Shown piece by piece: positions 49,701 through 60,801 of a stretch of 64,000 nucleotides of DNA. This DNA comes from Macrostomum lignano (lineage: Eukaryota), in NCBI GenBank assembly GCA_002269645.1, contig NIVC01002124.1:1-64000 (forward strand). Direction: 5' to 3'. The notes below the pieces were generated by a model. That model had not been told where the DNA came from. It did not search any database and was given only the letters and a program-made list of their open reading frames with translations. A program made the position numbers and the translations under genes. Within the stretch, counting starts at the first letter, position 1. Every line of letters starts with the position of its first letter.

Positions 49701-52568
49701 GTGCTGGCTGACAGGGGTAAGCGCTTAGTTGCTGGCGGCTGCGTGTGCGTAATGTTGCATGCCGACATGTCTGTCTGTCTGTTTGCATGTCCATGTGTCT
49801 TAGTGTCTGCTTGTATGCATGTCCATGTGTCTTAGTGTCTGCTTGTATGCATGTCCATGTGTCTTAGTGTCTGCTTGTATGCATGTCCATGTGTCTTAGT
49901 GTCTGCTTGTATGCATGTCCATGTGTCTTAGTGTCTGCTTGTATGCATGTCCATGTGTCTTAGTGTCTGCTTGTATGCTTGTCCATGTGTCTTAGTGTCT
50001 GCTTGTATGCATGTCCATGTGTCTTAGTGTCTGCCTGTATGCATGTCCATGTGTCTTAGTGTCTGCTTGTATGCATGTCCATGTGTCTTAGTGTCTGCTT
50101 GTATGCATGTCCATGTGTCTTAGTGTCTGCTTGTATGCTTGTCCATGTGTCTTAGTGTCTGCTTGTATGCATGTCCATGTGTCTTAGTGTCTGTATGCAT
50201 GTCAATTGTCAATGTGTCTAGTGTCTGCTTGTATGCATGTCCATGTGTCTTAGTGTCTGCTTGTATGCATGTCCATGTGTCTTAGTGTCTGTATGCATGT
50301 CAATTGTCAATGTGTCTAGTGTCTGCTTGTATGCATGTCCATGTGTCTTAGTGTCTGCTTGTATGCTTGTCCATGTGTCTTAGTGTCTGCTTGTATGCAT
50401 GTCCATGTGTCTTAGTGTCTGTATGCCTGTATGCATGTAAATTGTCAATGTGTCTAGTGTCTGCTTCTATGCATGTTTATGTGTCTTAGTGTCTGCTTGT
50501 ATGCATGTCCATGTGTCTCAGTGTTTGTCTGTATGCATGTCCATGTGTCTTAGTGTCTGCTTGTATACATGTCCATGTGTCTCAGTGTCTGTCTGTATGC
50601 ATTTCCATATGTCTTAGTGTCTGCTAGTATGCATGTCCATGTGTCTTTGGGTCTGTCTTCTTGTATGCATGTTCATGTGTATTAGTGTCTGCTTGTATGC
50701 ATGTCCATGTGTCTTAGTGTCTGCTTGTATGCATGTCCATGTGAATAAATATGTGTCTGTCTCTATCTCTGTTTTTATGCCTGTAGTATTTCAGAATCAC
50801 CGACCGGTCGTTTCTACTGAAAGCACGCACACACGTGTGGGTGGCTACTCACACGTGTTTGTGTTGCAAGTATAAAAACGAATGGATTGATTTCGAAAGT
50901 TGTCCAAATGTATTTGTATGCCGTTCATTTTCTACCAAGCCAGTCCTCATCCTTTAATTAATTAATCAACAGGCATCTGCTGCATCGACGAGTTCGACAA
51001 GATGACCGACCACACCCGGTCGATTCTGCACGAGGTGATGGAACAGCAGACCCTGTCTCTGGCCAAGGCCGGCATTATTTGCCAGCTGAACGCGCGCACT
51101 TCAATCCTAGCCGCCGCCAATCCTGCCCACTCCAATTGGGACATGCGCAAGAGCATAGTTGAGAATGTTCAACTAGGCCACGCCCTGCTCAGCCGTTTCG
51201 ATCTCATCTTTCTCATGCTGGATCCGCAGGACGAGATGTACGATGCCCGTCTGGCCAGACACCTGGTCAGCTGCTACTACCGCGGCCAGGACGCCATGGC
51301 CGATGAGTCGGCCGACGCGCAGCTTATGCGCGACTACATTGGCTACGCTAAGGCCAACTTCCAGCCGAAACTGTCCGAAGAAGCGCGCATCTATCTGGTG
51401 TCCGAGTACGTTGAGATGCGCCGCATTGCCGGCCGCGGCGCCGTGTCCGCCTATCCGCGCCAGCTCGAATCGTTGATCCGTCTGGCCGAGGCGCACGCCA
51501 GGATGCGCTGGAGCAGCGAGGTCACCAAGACCGATTGTCAGGAGGCGCGTAGACTGCAGCGGGAGGCCTTGAAACAGGCAGCCACTGATCCGGCTACAGG
51601 GCTCATTGATGTTAATATTCTCACTACGGGTGAGTGTTGCTTGTGTCTTGTGTAGACATTTAGGCTTTTGATCCCTTCTGTTGTCTGTTGATCTCGTATC
51701 GTGTCTGCATTTGTCTGTCTGTTGATATTGTATCATTTCTGTATTTGTCTGCTGTAAATATCGAGTCTGTAAATTTCTGCTATCAATCTCGAGTCTGTAA
51801 CTGTCTGCTGTCAATCTCGAGTCGGTAATGTCTGCTGTCAATCTCGAGTCGGTAATGTCTGCTGTCAATATCGAGTCTGTAACTGTCTGCTGTCAATCCT
51901 GAGTCTGTAACTGTCTGCTGTCAATCTCGAGTCGGTAATGTCTGCTGTCAATATCGAGTCTGTAACTGTCTGCTGTCAATCCTGAGTCTGTAACTGTCTG
52001 CTGTCAATCCTGAGTCTGTAACTGTCTGCTGTCAATCTCGAGTCGGTAATGTCTGCTGTCAATCTGGAGTCTGTTACTGTCTGCTGTCAATCTCGAGTCT
52101 GTAACTGTCTGCTGTCAATCTCGAGTCTGTAACTGTCTGCTGTCAATCCTGAGTCTGTTACTGTCTGCTGTCAATCTCGAGTCTGTAACTGTCTGCTGTC
52201 AATCCTGAGTCTGTTACTGTCTGCTGTCAATCTCGAGTCTGTAACTGTCTGCTGTCAACCTGTCTACACGGCGGCACTGGTCAGATTGACAGCAGATAGC
52301 CACCGGACAACCCTCAATAAGAGTCATGATACCATTTTTTGCAGGAATGTCTGCCTCCCTGCGCAAACGCCGCACAGAGGTGGCCCAGGCTGTGACCGCC
52401 TATCTGGAGGACAGCGGCGCCAAGGTGCTGACGATGCAGAAACTGCTGGAGGAGGTCCGCTCCCGCACAGAGCGACTCATTAGCCGCGACCTGCTGGAGG
52501 ACGCGCTCAACCAGCTGCGCGTTGAAGGCCGGATCGACTGGAGCGGCAACACGGTGCGGCGCAGATAG
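46712..52568 (+). CDS. MCM4: DNA replication licensing factor MCM4 (6 exons, ~782 aa)
   Basis: Exons 46712-47047, 47662-48099, 48923-49137, 49238-49716, 50973-51629 and 52345-52568 total 2349 nt in frame. VIWGTDVN, zinc finger, Walker [38 protein letters not shown]. Confidence 0.97.
47075..47560. repeat. 27-bp minisatellite in MCM4 intron 1
   Basis: AATCACCTTCCGCATCCTCATTCTGTA tandem copies. Confidence 0.93.
48330..48550 (-). mobile_element. Third (partial, inverted) copy of the CCAAT-module element in MCM4 intron 2
   Basis: CTTACTGCTCTCTTATTGGCTGAGCCAG is the reverse complement of the 64-bp unit, present in two diverged units. Confidence 0.65.
49770..50730. repeat. 32-bp minisatellite in MCM4 intron 4
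   Basis: GTCCATGTGTCTTAGTGTCTGCTTGTATGCAT tandem copies. Confidence 0.95.
51760..52260. repeat. 27/28-bp minisatellite in MCM4 intron 5
   Basis: CTGTCTGCTGTCAATCTCGAGTCTGTAA tandem copies. Confidence 0.95.
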
Positions 52569-53426
52569 GTAGGGAGGACGGCCTGATGTGAACGGGCGAT
52601 CTTGGACAAGAATTATCCATTCTAAATTATGCCATTTTTAAGCAAATTTATTTCTCAAATATTTTACTGACTTCGCTAGTATTGCTGCATTTTCAATTGA
52701 ATTATTTTTGCAATGTCCTTCTATTTCAGTGAGTCTTTTTAGGCAATAAGTTAAATTAATTAACTATTTTCTTTAACTCCCAATTTTACTGCATTTTGCT
52801 GGTTTTCAACCTTCCGCGATTCAACATTTTCAAGTGCGAGCTAGCACGAGTATTTAGTGCTTAATAAACTTTATTAAAATACAAATCGCGACTATGATAC
52901 GATTGGTGCTTCAAACGGTATTAAACCTACAATACAGAAATCGTTAGCCTTGCTTTTTCATTGCACTGTCTTCCTTCTGTGCAATTGGCATTCATACTAT
53001 ATAGCTGCAGTTGAATGAGGAGCACCTGAACTCGACATTGTACGAGCTAATGAAGTACGTTCTTGAAGTGACTCCCTTTAAGCCTTGCTCAATACCGCCA
53101 GATATTCGGTTGGATCGAAGAGGACTTGCTTAAAAAGTGCCGCTTGTACTATTGTTGCAAATAATTTCTGCCGTCGAGAGGCCTCGTACTGTCATGTCAA
53201 TTCATCGTCTTCAATTAGGAATTTAGATTCCACTGGAATTGAGGGATTTCTTATACAATGTAATTTTCTCCCTCGACGAAATGTTCTCGTTCGGGAAATG
53301 TCTGTGAAGGAAGCCAATTTGACCTTATTGACAATGGTAGTTTGCGGCGCGAGTGTTACGGTCATTATCTACGAGTACTGACGTAACCTACGACGCAGCG
53401 GCATTTATATATGACACACATTGGCC

Positions 53427-53797
53427 ATGATGTCAGGTCATCAAGGGTGGCCATAATGTCAGGTCATCAAGGGTGGCCATAATGTCAGGTCATCAAGGGT
53501 GGCCATAATGTCAGGTCATCAAGGGTGGCCATAATGTCAGGTCATCAAGGGTGGCCATAATGTCAGGTCATCAAGGGTGGCCATAATTTCAGGTCATCAA
53601 GGGTGGCCATAATGTCAGGTCATCAAGGGTGGCCATAATTTCAGGTCATCAAGGGTGGCCATAATGTCAGGTCATCAAGGGTGGCCATAATGTCTGGTCA
53701 TCAAGGGTGGCCATAATGTCAGGTCATCAAGGGTGGCCATAATGTCAGGTCATCAAGGGTGGCCATAATGTCAGGTCATCAAGGGTGGCCATAATGT
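53427..53797. repeat. 26-bp minisatellite between MCM4 and sGC
   Basis: GTCAGGTCATCAAGGGTGGCCATAAT x~14. Confidence 0.95.
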
Positions 53798-54063
53798 CTA
53801 TGCCTATGCCTGCTTATGCCTAAAGCTTTGTGCAACTCAATTTCTCATTGATTTAAAGCCTATAGAAAGCCATGTCTAAGTGTCGTTTGAGTCACCAATG
53901 CTTGCTCTTTTTAGATGCTGATTCATATTGCAATAAAAAATATGTAAATAGATTCCCATTCCCTTATCTGATTGATGGGGAAAACTGTCGAAAACAATTC
54001 GATGGGCAGGCGAAAGATTAGAAATGAATTTTCCTCTAAATATTAACGAAAATTTCTATCTCA

Positions 54064-54077
54064 GTTGCCATGGTAAC
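54064..54077. promoter_or_regulatory. RFX X-box motif GTTGCCATGGTAAC upstream of the sGC gene
   Basis: Near-perfect palindromic match to the X-box consensus, about 240 bp before the predicted ATG. Confidence 0.5.
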
Positions 54078-54317
54078 AGGGCGAAGGAGGTGTCTAATTA
54101 ACACAGCTACTGCTGGAGCCCCTGTTTCGTTTTTTCTCCAAGCACGCGAAAACCTAATCCCCTGGAGATAGCCATCTCTCCTTCATTGGCTGGAGTCTGG
54201 CTGCTCATCTGAGAATAAATCTTAGCTGCTCAGACTGCTCAGACCCTGGCTCGCTAGGAAAGCATCCATCTTAACCTCCTATACGCTTTGCGACAGCCAT
54301 CCTAGCTCAGTTCGAAA

Positions 54318-57300
54318 ATGGTGAGTCTTAAATTAATATGCATAGTGCATTTGAAACCAAATGCAAAAATGCAACTCCTGCGATCTTAGCAATCAAGTTT
54401 GTTCCCGACCTGTATATATATGAAGGGCAGTCCATGACCGAGATGTTTGTCTATGGTACAACCCCACGTGCACATGTATTTCCATCCGTCCAGCATACTA
54501 AAAGTGAATGCGCGTGTGACACGTTTGTTTGAAAGCGAACCCTTGGACTGATCTACTCCATTTTTGTACCATTTAATTGGAATTTGATCATAGATTGTAT
54601 GATTCATTTTTCTTTGCTTGGGTTAATGAAAAGTGCCTCTAAAAGGTCCTTAATTTAATTTCCTTTATGTCCATTTGCTTTGCGTCTATTGTTAACCGAG
54701 CTTTGCCATTATTCTATGGCCTACCCGAGCCTTAATGATTGTCCAAGGAACGCCATTATTCCAGGCTTCCAACGCGCATTTCAACCATAGACAATACAGT
54801 TTATTTAACAGAAGTGACGATAAATACACTAGGAAATTGAGAATATGCTCGTACATACATGTAAATATAAAACATGCGAATAACCTGGCCCTGCCTTAGA
54901 AAACAGACCCTTTAAAGAGTCTTTAGTCTAGGAAAATCATAGTCTATGGTCGACCGTATACCCTCTAACTCTTCCCTTTAGTCTTTCTATCCAAGCTCTA
55001 AAATTGTCTATGGCCAATCCTTTGAGAAAATTCTAGGCGGTACGCAATGAAAACATCTATGCGGTACGGAATGGAATGGTCGGTACGCAATGATCGCGGG
55101 ACTCGGGTAGGCCATAGAATAATGAGCGTTTTTGACGAGTGGCAGTCGATCATTATTCAAGGCTAATACATACTACACAATCTACCATTGATACTTGAAG
55201 ACTGCCCTGGAATTGTAACTTTATTCGAGACAACAGCAGAGCTAATTGCGGCTGTTTCTCTTGCTGAAGGGGCCTTAGGTGCATATGACATAGTTTCAAC
55301 ACTCATACATCTCATACTAAATGTCAATCATGAAATTTATCAGCGAGAGATGCTACTAATATCGAAATGCTTCGTTTGATTGAGAGAGGACACACCCCTA
55401 CGAGGTACTCAGCCATCTGTAATTACTCTTCGTCTCCTTTACGATCGGCATAGGATGCGTTATGAATCCCTGCGTATTTTTGACCCCGCAATCAATCGCG
55501 ATCCCTTGCACTTCTGATGCATCAAGTCAGCACTGATGGACACGTCATGCAGTCAATGTGGGTGACTATAACTGCTTTTTTCATGTGCAACTCTATTTGA
55601 ATTCCCAGTTCGGCCACATTCACTTCTGCGCCAAACAGATGGTGCTGGAGAAATTCGACGAGAAGACCTGGGCTAAAATCCTGTGAGTTTCAAAACAGTG
55701 AGATCGTTGCTTTCTAGAGATGATAGCACTCCGCAATCACTGCTGCTACTCAACTGTAACCTGTGAATGCCCATTGCAGCCTCACGGCAGAACTCGACGA
55801 CTACGAAGATTTCCAACTTTTAAAAGGCTACCCGGATCGGAAGACTTTTCTGCTGATTGAGACCATCTCTAAAGTTGTTGGTGAGCCAATGCGCTGATTT
55901 GTAGGCGAAATTGTATGAATACCAACTCAAGTCTTTTGATGTACCGTCACTCTTCCCTGTGGGTCTGTGATGTACCGTCACTCTTCCCTGCGGGTCTGTG
56001 ATGTACCGTCACTCTTCCCTGCGGGTCTGTGATGTACCGTCACTCTTCCCTGCGGGTCTGTGATGTACCGTCACTCTTCCCTGCGGGTCTGTGATGTACC
56101 GTCACTCTTCCCTGCGGGTCTGTGATGTACCGTCACTCTTCCCTGCGGGTCTGTGATGTACCGTCACTCTTCCCTGCGGGTCTGTGATGTACCGTCACTC
56201 TTCCCTGCGGGTCTGTGATGTACCGTCACTCTCCCCTGTGGGTCTGTGATGTACCATCACTCTTTCCTGTGGGTCTGTGATGTACCTTCACTCTTCCCTG
56301 CAGGTCTGTGATGTACCGTCACTCTTCCCTGCAGGTCTGTGATGTACTGTCACTCTTCCCTGCGGGTCTGTGATGTACTGTCACTCTTCCCTGCGGGTCT
56401 GTGATGCAAGGACTACTTAACAACTCACTAACATCAGAGGACCCACAGGGAAGAGTGACGGTACATCAAGACACAAGACAAGAGAGACAGTCAAGGACTA
56501 CTTATCAACTCAGGACGCTACACTCGCGAATGGTAGAAATTCTAGAAAAAGCCCCTTGCTTTAGCTGTCTATGGCAATGAAGCCTTTTCACTAACATTCT
56601 TTCATATTCTCAATGCTGGTTCAGACCAGCACTGCTGGTTTGTAGTAATAATTTGTTTCGTCTAAAATCTTGATAAATAGCAACACTCTTTTTCATCAAA
56701 ATGCCAATGAAGTGCTGCATCCCTGGATGCAGAAGCAATCATAAGAGCGGTGAAAAATGCACTGTTTTTGGCTTTCCAAAGGAAGAAGCTGAAGCTGAGG
56801 CATGGCTCAATGCGTTGCCTGTGCAAGTTAAGGTAATTTATGTAGCCTTTTGAACCTAATTTTTCGTTTCTACTATAAAGATACTTATATTAACTGAATT
56901 GTGATGATCATTCCATTCTATCTGTAGAAGGCTAGCATCTACACGGGAGTCTGCAAAAATCACTCGCCTGAAAATGCACCACTGAAACGAATTAACCACC
57001 ATACACGCCCCATCGACCCACCCTCAATCTTTAAAGATTTTTCATTGACTTCCCTGCGTCAGACTGTCTCAAGTAAGTATGAATGGTTGTGTACTTTGTT
57101 TACTTACTAAGTTGTATCAGCCTGTTTCAAATATTTTAGGACGCTCTAGAGATGCTGGTCGGCGAGGCGTGCTGTTAGTCGACAGAGCTAGGGCCCCTGA
57201 TGAATGCTGTCGACAGAATTGTCTCGTGGGCTCTATTCATTACGTCAGCTTTGAGCCTGGATTTTGTTACCTCCGGAGGCTGGATTTTTCAATGTCAGGA

Positions 57301-60300
57301 TTTGCGAGTCGATTTTTTGCTCATTCATGAGCGCACTGTTGAGTCCTTCGTTCGAGTTAAGAGCGAATTCACAGTCTTGGCGTATCGGCGCGATGTGCTT
57401 GTAAAGATTTCCATGACATATTAGGTTTTCAGCACAGGTTGCAGCGCTACAGTCAGCTGGAAGCAATTGCAAGCTCTACAATCTCTGCAAGCTCTGCAGC
57501 TCAGTCAAACATAGATGCGCTTCAGTCGATCTGTCTAGAATCATCTGATCCACGTCAGCAATATATTCTACGCCAATTTCAGCTAAGCTTTAAACCACCC
57601 GGTGGCGCTCGGTACAACTGCATGGATATTTTGATGGCGGCTAAGATATATTTTGCTGGAAGACAAGCGTATTGAGCTGCGAGAGAACTAGCGTGTCTGC
57701 CTCATCCAGCTACTCTAAAACGGCACATCGGCGGACTCGGTTCAGTTGGTACAGATAAAGATTGTCAGCTTATTATTGAAGCTCATTTAAAGTGCTGCAG
57801 CCCGTTGCAGCGTATCTGCTCTATTGTCTTCGACGAAGTTTACGTGCAGCCTTCCTTACGTCTTCGTGGAGGCCACGTTATTGGATATGCAGAGGATGCA
57901 CCATAAAATTTGGCAAGAACTACTCTAGCTATGATGGTTAAGCCATTTATGGGAGCTTCTGCTTTTGTCGCTCGACTCATTCCTATATACAGTCTACGAC
58001 CAGAATTTTTGTACGAGCAAATCGTGCGGCTGTTAGAAATTTTGCATGGCCTCGGTGGAACAGCCGTAGCCATAATCTGCGACAATCATTTCACTAATCA
58101 AAGCTGTTTCCGAAGATTTCAGCGGGAGAGTGACTCACAACCATGGAAGGCAGTGAATCCAGTAAACAAGAATAAACCTTTGTTTCTACTTTACGACAGT
58201 GTTCATTTGATGAAGAATATTCGCAACAACTGGTACACCCAATCGCACAGACAACTTGAGTTCCAGTCAATATCAGACAGCGGAGTATAGCTAGATGGAA
58301 TGATATTATTGAAATTGAGGAGCGATCGCGTGGTCACGTAGTTCGACCAACTACGCTCAGTCCGGTGTCTTGCCACCCGTCACCATTGGAACGACAGAAA
58401 GTTTCACTAGTGCTTGATGTGTTCAATGATAAAACGGTTGCTGCTCTTCGTTTGAATAGTCGTCTTGAAACAGCGGATTTCGTTGAAAGTGTACTAAAAT
58501 TCTGGAAAATCGTAAACTGCAAGTCGCCATCTGCACACGTCCTACTTAATGACAAATATAGAGAGCCAATTAAATCAAAAGAGTGCGAAAATTTGACATT
58601 TCTACTCCAATTTGCTACTCTGATTAAAGGGATGTCAGGCGGCCGAGGAGCGGGACGATTGCGTTCACTGACGACAGAGACACGAAACGCATTGTACCAA
58701 ACTGTAAGAGGCCTTGTAGATTTAAGTAGCCATCTCATACAATATTACGGCTTTTCTTAGGTGCTACTTGGTGAGTTTGATAATAATTAACAACTGCTAG
58801 ATGAATATGCACACCGTTGTTTTTTATGAAAATCGACAGTGATTGTACTAAACCTTTTAGGTGAATGCCAGTCGGACCGACTCGAGGGAGAGTTTTCCAT
58901 TTATCGTCAAGGTCATGGAGGCTGCTATCACATATCAGTGGATCAGATTATGGCTAGTGCTCGCCTCCGCCCCATGCAGCTCTATGCGCAGCTTCAAGCT
59001 TCGCCACCAGATCACTCGCCATCAGCATGATGTCAGCATGATGTCACCGATGAAGAGACTGTCAGTTTTGACGAGCTAAGTTTATCCGTTGCTCGAATTT
59101 CTACCGAAGAAAAAGCCTCTCTTTACTACATTTCTGGCTACGTTTCACACAAAGAAAATTTGCCTGACCGAACAATTGCAACAAGTTTGCCTGGTCTGGA
59201 TACTTCCACTGCTTCATTCTCTAGGTTCTGGGCAGCGTTGTGTTAACAGTTCCGTGCTTGTATTTGAGAAAATCTTCAGAAAATTTTTTGATGTTCAACT
59301 GGACCGAGATCTGCTGCGTGGAGTGTCTCGAAGACTGGCCAACTCCATCTATAAAGGCATGGTGCGCAGAGATTCCGAGACGTCCAGACAATCAACCACC
59401 GTTTGCTCTCGCCGACTCCGCAAACTGAAGCCTAGCTGAATGTTTCTTTCAAACACCTGCATATTTTCTTTGTTATAGCCATCTATGTTTTCCTTATACA
59501 GTTATGTACGGAGTTTCCCAATTCCTTGCATATCGTACTTTTCAATTGTCATTTACAATTCTTATGCTGGGAATATTTGCATATATTTATTGTTTGTATA
59601 ACTGTAAAAATAATTATTATAGCGCAAAACTTTTATAATCCATAGAAATAAAGACTTTCCGTGACAATATTTGCGTTCTCCGGGATTTTATTTGGTAATA
59701 TTCAATAATATCCCGTAAAGTCTTTATGTCTATGGTTTATACGAGATTACACATGCCTTTTTCGGGAGTTATTTTCATAAATCCCTCGGGCCTCAGGCCC
59801 TCGTGATTTATACAAATAACTCCCTCAAAAGGCATGTTTAATCTGATACATAATCATCTATCACTTAGTACTTGCTTCTTTATCCAAAAGGCTTATTAAA
59901 AAACCATAGACAGCCAAATCAAGCGGCCTTTTCTAGAATTTCTACCATTCGCGAGTGTAGCGTCCTGAGTTGTTAAGTAGTCCTTGACTGTCACTCTTGT
60001 CTTGTGTCTTGATGTACCGTCACTCTTCCCTGTGGGTCCTCTGATGTACCGTCACTCTCCCCTTGGGTCTTTGATGTGCCGTCACTCTTCCCTGTCAGTC
60101 TTTTGATGTACCGTCACTCTTCCCTACGGGTCTGTGATGTACCGTCACTCTTTCCTGTGGGTCTTTTGATGTACCGTCACTCTTCCCTGTGGATCTGTGA
60201 TGTACCGTCACTCTTCCCTGTGGGTCTGTGATGTACCGTCACTCTTCCCTGTGGGTCTTTGATGTACCGTCACTCTTCCCTGTGGGTCTTTGATGTACCG

Positions 60301-60681
60301 TCACTCTCTTCAATTAGTTCGTATTCAGAACTTTTTTAAAAATTGCGGGTTTCCTGACTTATTGCGAAATTTCCCAATAAATCTTTTTTTAAGTTCAACA
60401 TCGTAGAAATTAATCTCTCGTTCGGGGACAGCAGGAAACAGACAGCCTTAATTACAGATTGACTAATCACGCTCCGCTCAGTGCATTCAGCTCAGGCTGT
60501 TCGATAGAGATGAAACCAGGAGTATAATTTTTGCACTAAGACAGTGCAAAGCTGGGTAGTCTAGTTAGTGGCTAAAGCTCTGCTGCGAGAGAACGGACAT
60601 TAAGATTGAATTAGCATTGAAGCTAGCCTTGCTAATGAATGCTAAGTCATGCGATCTACTGTGTCTGTCCTTCTGTCTGAC

Positions 60682-60724
<43 letters not shown>

Positions 60725-60725
60725 T

Positions 60726-60801
<76 letters not shown>

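Noticed and set aside
55937-56405. CRISPR-like 31-bp repeat array
   Set aside because: Head-to-tail repeats with no unique spacers, no cas genes, eukaryotic context.
56484-59994. 8-bp TSD for the P element
   Set aside because: The flanks (GAGACAGT / ACTGTCAC) are inverted, not direct, repeats.
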